A DNA stretch of 63,697 bases, filler included, from Chiloscyllium plagiosum (taxonomy: Eukaryota): NCBI RefSeq assembly GCF_004010195.1. It is 5 parts of one record of this genome, joined end to end, with 100 filler letters (N's around TTAATTAATTAA, not from the genome) between each part and the next. Parts side by side here need not be neighbours in the genome. Positions count along the whole stretch, not along the records: positions 18,272 to 31,652 come from NC_057717.1; positions 31,753 to 43,416 come from NC_057717.1; 3 more parts are not named here. One strand, 5' to 3'. Within the stretch, counting starts at the first letter, position 1. The number at the start of each line of letters is the position of its first letter. Positions 25,542 through 37,706 of this stretch are shown here, piece by piece. Both the position numbers and the translations under genes were made by a program. Under the pieces are notes generated by a model. It was given only the letters and a program-made list of their open reading frames with translations. It was not told where the DNA came from and did no database searches.

Positions 25542-26339
25542 NNNNNNNNNNNNNNNNNNNNNNNNNNNNNNNNNNNNNNNNNNNNNNNNNNNNNNNNNNN
25601 NNNNNNNNNNNNNNNNNNNNNNNNNNNNNNNNNNNNNNNNNNNNNNNNNNNNNNNNNNNNNNNNNNNNNNNNNNNNNNNNNNNNNNNNNNNNNNNNNNNN
25701 NNNNNNNNNNNNNNNNNNNNNNNNNNNNNNNNNNNNNNNNNNNNNNNNNNNNNNNNNNNNNNNNNNNNNNNNNNNNNNNNNNNNNNNNNNNNNNNNNNNN
25801 NNNNNNNNNNNNNNNNNNNNNNNNNNNNNNNNNNNNNNNNNNNNNNNNNNNNNNNNNNNNNNNNNNNNNNNNNNNNNNNNNNNNNNNNNNNNNNNNNNNN
25901 NNNNNNNNNNNNNNNNNNNNNNNNNNNNNNNNNNNNNNNNNNNNNNNNNNNNNNNNNNNNNNNNNNNNNNNNNNNNNNNNNNNNNNNNNNNNNNNNNNNN
26001 NNNNNNNNNNNNNNNNNNNNNNNNNNNNNNNNNNNNNNNNNACCTAAACTGTGAAACCCCTCATTTCCCTACAATCCTCCCTCCCTCTCTCCCTCCTCAA
26101 ATGCCTTCATCACCATGAAACCTCACTGAAGCCTCCTTTTGGCACTGCAACCCTCCTAATGTCTGCAAAATCCTCATGTCCTGATATTCCTCTCTATCTC
26201 TGTAACCCCCACCACCCTCCAGTGCCATTCTGGGGAACATGGCAGAGGAGAGAAGATTTGTAGAGTCCGGGCCATATTACGGAGGTAGAATTCAGGGAAT
26301 TACAGATTTGGTCGAATGTCTGTGGTGTACAGATTATTG

Positions 26340-29300
26340 GCGATGACTCTAAAGACAGGATTTATGACGACTTGGTAAACCATAGTTACATTAGCCACAG
26401 TCAGTATGGGTTTGTGTGGGGCAGGTCATGCCTCACAAACCTTATTGAATTCTTTGAAGATATGACAGAATATGTTGATGGCTCATTCAGAAAAGAAGGA
26501 TGATTGGGATACACGGAAATCTGTCTGTCTGGATACACGATTGGATGGTCCAGAGAAGACAGAGGGTGGCAGCAGATGGACAGTATTGAGCCTGGAGCTC
26601 AGTGACCAGTGGAGTTCTGTAACAATCGGCTCTGGGACTCTGCTCTTTGTGATTTTTAGAAATGACTTGGATGTGAATGTTGGAGAGTGGGTTAGTATGT
26701 TTGCCAATAACATTAAGGTTGGTGGAGTGGTGGAGAATGTGGAGGGCTGTTGTAGGTTGCAATGGAACATTGACAGGACGCAGAGCTGGGCTGGAAGTGG
26801 CAGATGGAGTCCAATCTGGAAAAGTGTGAAGTAATTCATTCTGGAAGGTCGAATTTGAATACAGAATACANNNNNNNNNNNNNNNNNNNNNNNNNNNNNN
26901 NNNNNNNNNNNNNNNNNNNNNNNNNNNNNNNNNNNNNNNNNNNNNNNTGGTGAGACCACACTTGGAATATTGTGTTCAGTTCTGGTCCCCTGTTTACAGG
27001 AAGGATGTGCAAGTTTTAGAGAGCGTACACAGGAGATTTACCAAGATGCTGCCTGGAATGGAGGGCAGTTCTTACAAAGAGGGAGCTAAGGCGGGGCGAC
27101 TTTGTGGAGGTGAACAAGATGATGAGAGGCACAGAGTGAGTGAATAGTCAGAGACTTTTCCTCCTATCGCATAAATGACTATTACAAGGCGGCATAATTT
27201 TAAGGTGATTGGAGGATGGATAAGAGGATAGGGAATAGTAGGTGGTTGGATGGACTGCCAATGGTGGTAGTAAAATTAGACACATCTGGGATATTTAATA
27301 GACTCTTGGATAGACACATGAATAGTAGTAAAATGAAGGGTATGTAGTATACTTTGATCTCACAGTTGGATAAAAGGTTGGCATGAAATAATGGCCGAAG
27401 GGTCTTTGGCTGAACTCTTCTGCCTTCTGTGTTCTGTCTGATAAACTGGGTAATAAGCTCAGATCAGTGTAAAAGGATATAGCATTCAGGAGGAGCTAGT
27501 GAACAGGATACAGAATTGGGCTTGATGGTAGGAGACAGAAGGTGATGGGAGGCATGTTGTCTTTCTGACTGGAGGCATGTGACCAGCGGTGTAGTGGGTC
27601 CCCTGTTGTTTGTCATTTGGATAAATGGTTTGGATGGGAATATTGGTTTCCTGGTAAGTAATTGTTTTGGGTGACACTGAAATTGGTGGTAAAGTGGACA
27701 GTGAAGAAGGTTATCTATGATACAACAGGATGAACAGTCCTGCTGGGATAGTGGGCTGAAGAATAGCAGATGGAGTTTAATTAGATAAATGTGAGGTGTT
27801 CCATTTTGGTGAAACAAACCAGGGTGGGACTTGTACTGTTAATGTTCGGGCCCTGGGTAGTGTTGTCTGTCAGAGACCCAGGTACACAGTTCTTTGAATG
27901 TGGAGTCACAGGTAGACAGGCTGGTGAAGCAGGCGTTTGGGATGGTTACCTTCATTGGGTAAAGCATTCAGAGTAAGAGTTGGGATGTCATGTTGTGGCT
28001 GTAAAGGACATTGGTGGGGCCACCATTAAAACATTGTTGATCAGTAGGAAGAACTCATCTAGTTCACTAACCTCCTTCAGGGAAGGACATCAAATATTCA
28101 AACCTGGTCTGGCTAACATGTGACTCCAGACCCACAGCAATATGGCTGACTCTGAGCTGCCCTCTGGGTAATTAGCAGTGGGGTCAAAGAACGTTGTTCC
28201 AAGCAGTGACACCCACATCCCATGAATGAATATATAAAAATACCTATGTCCCTCCCTACCTCTGCAAACCCCTCCAGCGGCAGCGATCCGTCCTGGCTTT
28301 GTAACACCCTGACCACTCTCTGTAACACTGTCACCACCTCCAGCACCTTCACCTCTCTCTGTTCCTATCGTGTCAATGAACCCTGACCGTGATTCCCCTT
28401 CCCACAGCCCTCCTCCTGCGAGCAGACCCATTCCAAACCATTAACATTTACTCTTAAAACACTCTCTCACTTCAGGGTTTTAAGTACTTTTTGGTGATCT
28501 TCTCAGCCTCATAATCTAGTATGATTCCTTTTGTTCTGAGGGAGGGATCAGTGGGAATTTCTTGCTGAGGTTTTTACTGTTTCAATTGAATGTCCTTTCG
28601 TTGAGTATTTTGCATTGTCCCTTCAAATGTTTTCCACTGTTCATTTACAGGCACATATTTCAGTCTGTTTAGCCTGTTTACCTTGGTCAGTTCTCCTCTC
28701 AAACTCATGTCATTGGCTATTTTTGTTTCTAGTTGTAGCTTGTCCTTTCTGTGATTCACTTTAAAACTTTATATTTATTTAAACTGCACTTTATCACAAT
28801 TTCCCGAAGGATCTCTGCAGGTGACGTTACTCATTCACTAAGTTTCATTACACGGTCGCTCTGCGATAGTTATATCCCTTTACAGTTGCACAATGTGTTT
28901 TTCAAAGAAACACAGAAAAAAAAAATTAACCGAACTCCTCTTACAATATCAATGTTGACCGTGTGATCGTCCCAGATTATACAAATATTGAAGTTTTCCA
29001 AAATTATCACAATGCCTTTGTTAAAAAATTCCAATGAGTTCCTGTGTAATGCAGTGATGAGCAATGAAATGCTGTTCGGTGGCTAAAACTGTTCTGCTGC
29101 TTGTGTCCTTGGCAAGTAGTAGCCAGAATTTACATTCAGACTGACTCTACTTCATGATCTGAGGCCAAATGCTTTCTCTGTAATGCCTTTGTTATCCATT
29201 ATTGTTAGCGTTGCCCATTTTGCCTGAGTTTGCACAAGATTACGAACCACTGAATATTTTTGTTCACCCTGTATCCATGTCTCCCTGGTGTAAAAATCTC

Positions 29301-30455
29301 TTTTATCTCTGTGTCACAGATCCATCGACCTTATTGCAGCAACGTTGTCCATTCAAAAAAACACATAATATACTCTCTTACACAATTTTCTGTCACAAAT
29401 CTATTTGCTGATGTACAATTTTCCTTAAACTCTGTCCCATCCTGTTCCTTTCTGCTTGTCTTCAGCCACATTCCCATGTTGTTCCATTGCTTCACCTTTT
29501 CCCTTTGGATTTGGAAAGCTCCTTTCACCTGCATCCTCTCTGTCAGTTTAATGTCCTGTCCATAAACCTACCGACATGATTGGCCAGGACACTGGTCCCA
29601 GCAGAGTTCCAGGGGGACCATCCTAATAGATTTTTTAAAAAATCAGGTATGGGATGTGTGAGTCTCTGGCTGACCAGCCTTTCTTGCCCAGTCCGAGAAG
29701 CCCTTGAACTGAGTAACTTTCTCGGCCATTTCAGAGGGTAATTGAGAGGCAAACACTTTGCTGTGGGTATGTTGTGCAGACCACGTGAGGATGGGCAGAT
29801 GTCCTTCTCTAAATGACAAGTGTTTGGATTTGTTGTACATCAGTAATGGTTTCATATTTATTTGTGGATTGTTAATTATTATTTTTAAAATTATTGATTT
29901 CAAATGTCTCCTTTTCAGATGGCGGGATTCAATATTGCCTCCCCGAACATTAGCTGAGATTTTGGATACATTCTCTCGCAATAATACCACTAGGCCATTA
30001 CTTCTCCTGCTCACTGGGTGCTCATCCCTGAGCACTGATACCAGGGCATCATGAAGCTAAACCCATTCTTCCGACACAATTGTGTGATCCTGACATCTTC
30101 CAGCAATCTGGGACTATTACTTAATATCTCTCCATTTTCCAAATCTCTGTGGAACTCAGTGCCATTCTCCATGTGTAGCCCTCACTGCATCTGTTTAACT
30201 TCCCATTCTGTCTATTTCTCTGTCTCCTATAGGTACTCCGGAAAGTCCTCACTCAATAGCCTTCCCAGCTGAGGGGGGATCGTCCATCACCTCATTGAAC
30301 GCAGTTGGTCTGCCAGAGAGAGAGAGACAAAGGGAAAGGAGATCTGGAGCCTTCAATAAATCCTGTAGTGAAGTAAGGTCACCCACAGTGCACAGAGCAA
30401 ATAACAATGAGAGGGCTCCAAACATCTATTAAAACATATTTGAAATGTACTGCAT
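26340..30455. repeat. Segmental duplication family A, copy A3 (inverted, more diverged)
   Basis: Reverse-complement collinearity with 2040-6750, e.g. ORF 27464-27817(-) vs 5116-5499(+). Confidence 0.9.
30233..30372 (+). other. Exon-like cassette, copy 4 (140 nt)
   Basis: tcccattctgtctatttctctgtctcctatag|GTACTC...GTGAA|gtaagg. Phase-1 frame is open throughout: GTPESPHSIAFPAEGGSSITSLNAVGLPERERQRERRSGAFNKSCSE. Confidence 0.45.
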
Positions 30456-30531
30456 TCCAGACGACCATCCCGATCCCTGTAACTTGGTTCAGTGTCTACA
30501 ACACGCCTTGTCTCGGTAGTCTCCTCCTCCA

Positions 30532-31652
30532 ATAAGGTAAAACAAGGACTGCAGATGCTGGAAACCAGAGTCTAGATTAGAGTAGAGTACAATGGGTGAA
30601 TTGGGGTGGGGATGGGGTGATTGGTCAGAGACGAGGGTGGAATGGGTAGGAGGGAAGGGAGATAGGCCATTAGGACAGGTCATGAGGGCTGTGCTGAGCT
30701 GGAAGGCTGGAGGTGGGGTGAGATGGGGGAAGGGGAAATTAGGAAACTGGTGAAGTCCACATTGATGCCCTGGGGTTGAAGTGTTCCGAGGCGGAAGGTG
30801 AGGCGATCTTCCTCCAGGCGTTGGGTGACGAGGAAGTGGCGGTGGAGGAAGCCCAGGACCTGCATGTCCTCAGCAGAGTGGGAGGGGGAGTTGAAATGTT
30901 GGGTCACAGGGCGGTGCGGTTGATTGGTGCGGGTGTACCAGAGATGTTCCCTAAAGCGCTCTGCTAGGAGGTGTCCAGTTTCCCCAATGTAGAGGAGACC
31001 GCATCGGGAGCAACGGATACAATAAATGATATTGGTGGATGTGCAGGTAAAACTTTGGATGTGGAAGGCTCCTTTGGGGCCTTGGATGGTGGTGAGGAGA
31101 GAGGTGTGAGCGCAGGTTTTGCAATTCCTGCAGGGCAGGGGAAGGTGCCAGGATGGGAGTGTGGGTTTTTGGGGGGCGTGAAGCTGACCAGGTAGTCACG
31201 GAGGGAATGGTCTTTGCAGAAGGCGGAAAGTGGTGGGGAGGGAAATATATCCCTGGTGGTGAAGACCGTTTGGAGGTGGTGGAAATGGCGGCAGATAATT
31301 TGGTTTATGCGAAGGTTGGTAGGGTGGAAGGTGAGCACCGGGGGCGTTCTGTCCTTGTTACGGTTGGAGGGGTGGGGTTTGAAGGCGGAGGTGCGGGATG
31401 TGGACGAGATGCGTTGGAGAACATCTTTTACCACGTGGGAAGGGAAATTCCGATCTCTAAAGAAGCAGGCTATCTGGTGTTTTCTGTGGTGGAACTGGCC
31501 CACCTGGGAGCAGGTACGGCGGAGGCGGAGGAATTGGGAATACGGGTTCGGAATTTTGCAGGCGGTAGGGTGGGAAGATATGTAATCTAGGTAGCTGTGG
31601 GAGTTGGTAGGTTTGTAAAAAATGTCGGTGTCAAGTCGGTTGTTATTAATGG
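30532..31652 (-). mobile_element. Penelope-like element 3' half with GIY-YIG endonuclease
   Basis: Minus strand reads FYKPTNSHSYLDY...FTCTSTNIIYCIRCSRCGLLYIGETGHLLAERFREHL...HFNSPSHS..DMQVLG...GTLQPQGINVDF. The Cys-rich linker is consistent with the Neptune group. Confidence 0.95.
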
Positions 31653-31752
31653 NNNNNNNNNNNNNNNNNNNNNNNNNNNNNNNNNNNNNNNNNNNNTTAA
31701 TTAATTAANNNNNNNNNNNNNNNNNNNNNNNNNNNNNNNNNNNNNNNNNNNN
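31653..31752. other. Artificial scaffold linker
   Basis: 44 N + TTAATTAATTAA + 44 N. Confidence 0.97.
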
Positions 31753-31905
31753 GGTGAGGTGGGGAGTGATGAGGCGGTGAGGTGGGGAGTGGTGAGGCGG
31801 TGAGGTGGGGAGTGGTGAGGGTGTGAGGTGGGAGTGATGAGGGTGTGAGGTGGGAGTGATGAGGGGGTGAGGTGGGGAGTGATGAGGGGGTGATGAGGGG
31901 GTTGA
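31753..31905. repeat. 22-23 bp G-rich minisatellite
   Basis: Unit ggtgaggtggggagtgatgaggc, ~6 copies. Confidence 0.9.
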
Positions 31906-32793
31906 GTGTTTGGGACGTACGTGGAGTCCTGCTGTGCTTCCTGAGTGGGCCATGTCCCAGTCAGGCCCACCTCCCTGCCCGGATCCATTCTAACCCCAGT
32001 CCCGTACCCTCAGTGTAACTGACCCTGTCGCTACAGAGTCACCCAGCACAGAAACTGAGCCTTCACTCCCACCCACTAACCACGTCCCCAAACTAAATCC
32101 CTCCCGTTTCGCCAATATTTGGCCCATATCCCTCTGTACCTTTTCTCTTCCTATACTTGTCCAAATGTCTTTGTAATGTTGTAACTATAGCTGCGTCGAC
32201 CACCTCCCCACCCGAACCACCCTCTCTGTGTGAAAACCTCTCCCCTCAGCTCCCTTTTAAATCTCTCCCAGCAAGTCACCGGCACAAACTCTGGGAGAGC
32301 AGGGGCTGCTGTCACACTCGCTCAGAGTCGGTACCTCACTGATGTCGAGATGGCTTCGAGAGACATTACTTTGCTGTTTGTCGTCATGTTACTGGGGGAA
32401 CAAACTGAAACAACACACAAACACAGGGAGGACTGGAGAAACTCAGCAGGTCTGCCATGGCTCGAGTCCACGAAGAAACTGCTTCAGGATTGGAATGTAA
32501 CTCTATACCGCTTCTGAGAATGATTTCCAGAAAACACGCGTTACTTGGAGCTGAGCGAGGCGAAAGGTTAACAAACTGAAATGTATAACACTTGCTGCTC
32601 CTATACAGACGTTAGCATTACATTTCAGCCTTGCTGCTTTGATGTATTTGGATGAACAAGATATTAACCGGAAGTGAACACAGCTCTTTATGAACAGAGT
32701 ACTGCAAACAGCATGGGGAGACACGGGTAGAGTTGTAAAATTACTGGGCTAGTAATCCAGACACCATGGTTAAGATACAGGCTAATAACTGCT

Positions 32794-33065
32794 GGATTGG
32801 CAGTTAGCACCAGGAACCCAGGTTCAGTTCCACTCTCAGGCAGCCGTCCATGTGGAGTCTGGACATTCCTTCCGGGTGCTCCAGTTTCCTCCCGCAATCC
32901 AAAGACGTTCAGGGTTGGCCGAGCTAAATTTGACCGTAGTGTCCAAGGATGTGCAGGGTCAGCCAGGCAGGGTTACAGAGCTCGGTCTGGGTAGGATGCT
33001 CTTCAGAGAGTCGGTGTGGATTCGATGGGCTGAATGGCCTGCTTCCGCACTGGAGGGATTCAATG
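32794..33065 (+). mobile_element. Decayed HE1-type SINE nested in a SacSINE-type element (32735-33250)
   Basis: ccgggtgctccagtttcctcccgcaatccaaaga...gctgaatggcctgcttccgcactg; the flanks carry the head and core of the other SINE. Confidence 0.7.
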
Positions 33066-33261
33066 TTAACTAATCAATCAGGAAGTGAATGTAGTATCAA
33101 TTATCCAAAATTGTTGTGAAAATCCACCCTATTCACACACGAACAGACTTCAGTCAGCCGTTTTGGTTAGGAAGCTGACATCCTCATTCGGTCTGGCCTA
33201 CATGTGACTCCAGACCCACAGCAATGTGGGTGACTCCTAACTGCCCTCTGATAAGACCTTC

Positions 33262-34058
33262 ACTCTGTCACTAACCCCGTGCTGTCCCTGTCCTGGGAAT
33301 GTTTAATGGGGGGACAGTGTAGAGGGAGCTTTACTCTGTATCTAACCCCATGCTGTCCCTGTCCTGGGAATGTTTAATGGGGGGACAGTGTAGAGGGAGC
33401 TTTACTCTGTATCTAACCCCGTGCTGTCCCTGTCCTGGGAGTGTTTGATGGGGGACAGTGTAGAGGGAGCTTTACTCTGTATCTAACCCCGTGCTGTCCC
33501 TGTCCAGGGAATGTTTAATGGGGGGACAGTGTAGAGGGAGCTTTACTCTGTATCAAACCCCGTGCTGTCCCTGTCCAGGGAGTGTTTGATGGGGGACAGC
33601 GTAGAGGGAGGTTTACTCTGTATCTAACCCTGTGCTGTCCCTGTCCCTGGGAGTGTTTGATGGAGACAGTGTAGAGGGAGCTTTACTCAGTATCTAACCC
33701 GGTGCTGTCCCCGTCCTGGGAGTGTTTGAAGGGGACAGTGTAGAGGGAGCTTTACTCTGTATCTAACCCCGTGCTGTCCCTGTCCTGGGAGTGTTTGATG
33801 GGGGGGACAGTGTAGAGGAAGCTTTACTCAGTATCTAACCCGGTGCTGTCCCTGTCCCTGGGATGGGGGGGAGAGGGTAGAGGGAGCTTTACTCAGTATC
33901 TAACCCGGTGCTGTCCCTGTCCCTGTCCCTATCCCTGGGAGTGTTTGATGGGGGACAGTGTAGAGGAAGCTTTACTCAGTATCTAACCCCGTGCTGTCCC
34001 TGTCCCTGGGATGGGGGGGAGAGTGTAGAGGGAGCTTTACTCAGTATCTAACCCGGTG

Positions 34059-34124
<66 letters not shown>

Positions 34125-34130
34125 TGGGAG
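33262..34130. repeat. ~70-bp minisatellite, ~12 copies, ending in (CCCTGT)n
   Basis: Unit tttactctgtatctaaccccgtgctgtccctgtcctgggagtgtttgatgggggacagtgtagagggagc. Confidence 0.97.
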
Positions 34131-34809
34131 GGTTTGGGCTCCTGATCTGGATGGTGACCTGGCTGCAGTGTTCTGATCACTTTCCCATTGCTGCTGTCAC
34201 CATTGTCAGTTCCTGGTGCTTTCCTGGGTGCAGCAGCCTGCCTGGGTCAGTTATACCAGACGCCTCTGGCCTGGAAAGCCCAGCGATGTTCAGCTCCTGC
34301 CTGTCTCAGGAATGCAGTGCTCCTGGATCTATCAGAACTGCTTTGAAACAATTTCAATCTGCCGGTGTCCCCTCCCACACTGCTCCCTCACACCGTCCCC
34401 AGGTGAAGTGTATACGGGACATTAATCCATGTGCGCATTACCATGGTCATGCTGCAATCTCCAGGCCTCCTCATTTCCCTCCGAATTCGGCAATACAAAG
34501 TGGGGGGTGTTACTGAACATTCTAGATTCCGTTCCAATATTGTGTTCTGTCTGGACACTATAGATCAGGAGCTGGTACAGATTCACCAGAGCATTACCGA
34601 ATTGGAAGGATTCAATTCTGAGTGTCAGTCACAGGCGAAACTTGGACTCGCTTGAGTGCAGGGTTAAGGGATGATCTCATCGAGGTGTTTAATATTGTTA
34701 AAGGCTTCTATTGGTTAGATGGGACTCCAAGACAAGGGACAAACCAGTTTAAAATTAAGATCAGACCATTCAGGACACACATGGCTCTTGGGAATCTCTG
34801 TTGTTGAAC

Positions 34810-35105
34810 CTATGAGTATTCCTGCAGGTCATCAACTGTGCGATACACGACTGGCCAGTGTGCAGCGGGGGAGGGGGTGGGCTGGAGGGAGCATGTGTTG
34901 AAAGTAGTGGGTGAGGGGGTCGGGCTGCTTTGGCCTGGATGCTCTCAGGCTCCTTGAGTGTTGTTGGGGTTGCACTCTTCCAGGGAAGTGGGGAGTATTC
35001 CATCAAACTCCTGACTGGAGCCTTGTCGATGGTGGTTAGACTTTGGGGGGGGGTGGGGTCAGGAGGTGAGTTCTTACTGCTGTATCTCTAGTCTCTGACC
35101 TGCTC
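34810..35105 (-). mobile_element. L2-type LINE fragment
   Basis: Minus ORF MMEYSPLPWKSATPTTLKEPESIQAKAAR matches the L2/CR1-group thumb motif MEYSPLAW...TTLKKLD.IQ.KAAR. Confidence 0.75.
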
Positions 35106-35116
35106 TTGTGTTTATG

Positions 35117-35300
35117 TCGAGAGAGCGGGGCTGGAAAAGCACAGCAGGTCAGGCAGCATCCGAAGGGCAGGAAAATGGACGTTTTGGGGCCAAAGCCCTT
35201 CATCGGGAATGAGGCTTTTTTTTGCCCGATACGTCGTTTCTCCTGCTCTTCGGATGTTGCCCGACCTGCTGGGCTTTATCAGCATCTGCAGTGCTCCCTT
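35117..35300. mobile_element. Palindromic PLE pLTR insert (family A), degenerate
   Basis: Inverted arms agcaggtcaggcagcatccgaag / cttcggatgttgcccgacctgct around mutated HHR cores. Confidence 0.75.
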
Positions 35301-35939
35301 TCACCACACTGTGTGCAGGGGGAAGCCAGGAGGTGGCGAGCTGAGTTTGGTTCCTGGTCAATGGTGACCTCAGGATGTTGTGCTTGACAGCTTGGAGTGT
35401 AGCAGTTCAAGATGGCGGCTCACCTCAGGGGCAACTAGGGACGGGCAATAGACCAGGCCCGTATCCCACGAGTGAATCAAAAAAAAAATCAACATCCGTG
35501 CCCAAGGTGAGGGGTCTCAGGGCACAGTAAAGTCTCCAGATTTAATGACAACGTGAGGTTTGGTGGCAAATGGAGCCGTGAGAAGGGGTCAAAGGTACTG
35601 CAGAGGGATGTGGTCAGGGTGCATCTGACGGCAGAAGTGAGAACGTGGTGAAGGGCTTATTGTAAGTTGAACAGGGTGAGGAGGTTATATTCATTGGAAT
35701 TTGGAAGGGTATGAGGTGTCCCTGAGAGGTCAGGGGGCTGGGGTTATTGCTTTGCTGTGTTGGTCAGCAGTGACGATCGCACTCTGCACTCTGAACGTGT
35801 CACCAAACTCCGCAGCCTGACGGAGAGTTCAGTGCACGCAGGGCGGCCCTCTCTGCTAACTGAAGGCCAGAGTCCGATTCATTCGCGATCCTCAATTTGC
35901 TCCGACCACTAACACCACGTCGACTACAGCCCCAGCTGC

Positions 35940-36186
35940 GAGAAAGTGAGGGCTGCAGATGCTGGCGATCAGAGCTTAAAAATGTGTTGCTGGAAAAGCG
36001 CAGCAGGTCAGGCAGCATCCAGGGAGCAGGAGAATCGACGTTTCGGGCATGAGCCCTTCTTCGGGAATGAGGAGGGTGTGCCAAACAGGCTCATTCCTGA
36101 AGAAGGGCTTATGCCCGAAATGTCGATTCTCCTGCTCCTCGGATGCTGCCTGACCTGCTGCGCTTCTCCAGCATCACATTTTACAG
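35940..36186. mobile_element. Palindromic PLE pLTR insert (family A) with two opposed hammerheads
   Basis: ~95-bp inverted arms, TSD cccagctgc (35931-35939, 36187-36195), and an unpaired ~38-nt tail on the left. Confidence 0.9.
36093..36129 (+). ncRNA. Minimal type I hammerhead ribozyme (PLE family A)
   Basis: attc-CTGAAGA-a-gggc(ttat)gccc-GAAA-tg-TC-gattc. Core intact; stem III is ATGT rather than ACGT (CpG decay). Opposite-strand copy at 36032-36068 has CCGAAGA. Confidence 0.7.
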
Positions 36187-36512
36187 CCCAGCTGCCTCCA
36201 TTTGAAAAAGGTCCCTCACAATGTCACTGGGTTAAGTTAGAGGCTGCAGGGGTTGCCTTATCATCAGGCTGCTTTCCACTGAGCTTCACAGCCGGCCTAC
36301 TCTCACACTGCGTGAAAGGAACATGAACAAAAGGTAATGCAGTCCCAGGGCCTAGTATCGACCAGCTGTCTGCCTCCTGATACCAATGGGATAGCTTTGC
36401 CTGGGGATTGGCCCTTGTGGTTGGTGTGGTGATAGGGGTCACTGTGTAGCCTGTAAATGAGACACATCATCACAGGAATTGATGCGGTGCCACAGGACAT
36501 GATTCCCTCCAG

Positions 36513-36742
36513 TGTCATGTTTGATGTGTCAGGGAACCCTGGAGCAACCTGGTGATGGTGTCACAAGCCTGCTTCTCACAGGGTATAAATAGTACCATGT
36601 GGGCGGGGTTAACCAGTTAGAAAGTAGATAGATTGTTAACGTTTGTGGAACAGTCTCTTAACAACTCGGTATCTCTCAGGTCCGTGTGTGAAGTTGTCGA
36701 TGTGCAATAAGGTTTGACAGGAGGCTCAGCCCAAAGGTAACA
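36513..36742 (+). mobile_element. Probable solo LTR
   Basis: TGT...ACA ends, flanks tccag/tcctg (5-bp TSD, 1 mismatch), internal TATAAATA at ~36584 and AATAAg at ~36706. Confidence 0.45.
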
Positions 36743-37422
36743 TCCTGACCTTACTTTCTCCTCACTCACCTTGTCTCCACCGTAATGGCGTTAACGCCAT
36801 CCACGCGGAGAAGGGAAAATCGCAAACAAATCACCCTCCAGAGAAAAAGACAGAAGCAGCTTCACAACCTGCTCACAACCAGCACGCTGTGGGGACCCCC
36901 TGAAAAAACCGACGCAGAGAATCCACTGAAAAACTGCAGCCAGTCACTGACAGCTTTCTACAGCTAGCGACAGGGTAAAGTGACGTTTAAGTGAGGAAAG
37001 CGCATTTTGTTGAAGCTTTTTATTCTTGCGTTCATAATTCCTGGTACATTGATCAAATGATAAGTTTGTCAGCAAGCATTATTTGAAGGTCAAAGTCTCG
37101 AGGCTGGACAGTAAGGTCTGTCACGTCAGTGTTATATTCGATGGCAGCAGAAAAGCGATGACCTTGAAGTTTCTTCGAGTATTATTTGCTAAAAAAAACC
37201 CAGCATTTTTCATAACCGCATGGAGTGGGTCTTTATGGTACTGAGTGTTGTCAGTGGCGTTGTGGTGTAAGTTACATTGATTAGATCAACACAGAAAACA
37301 TTTTAGCAAAGTGACAGCTAGATACTTCCTCATCCAAAGATAAACCCATTGAGAGGCTATCCAGTGCACTGTCCCCCATACCCAGAAATACTGGATTATC
37401 CAGTGCATTTATCTCTATGGAT

Positions 37423-37706
37423 TGGTGGCACATTGACTCAGCGGTTAGCACTGCTGCCTCATGGTGCCAGGCTCGATCCCAGCCTCGGGGCGACTGTCTG
37501 TGTGGAGTTTGCACACTCTCCCCGTGTCTGGGTGGGTTTGCTCCGGTTTCCACCCACAGTCCAAAGGTGTGCAGGCTAGAGTGAATTGGCCACGCTAAAT
37601 TACCCGTAGTGTTTGGCACATTAGTCAGTGGTAAATTTAGGGTCGAGGAATAGATTGGTGTGAACTTGTTGGGCCGAATGGCCTGTTTCCATACAGTAGT
37701 GAACCT
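37423..37706 (+). mobile_element. HE1-type V-SINE
   Basis: tggtggcacattgactcagcggttagcactgctgcctca...tgtgtggagtttgcac...ggcctgtttccat. Confidence 0.85.

Noticed and set aside
31960..32030. Minus-strand GLGLEWI resembling Ig V framework 2; scattered CACAGTG heptamers
   Set aside because: No Cys/Trp/YYC V-domain pattern, a stop follows within a few codons, and no properly spaced nonamer follows the heptamers I checked (2789, 19713, 44547).
32350..32410. MASRDITLLFVVMLLG as a signal-peptide exon
   Set aside because: No splice donor follows and the frame runs into repeat-derived sequence. The opposite strand has better splice signals.
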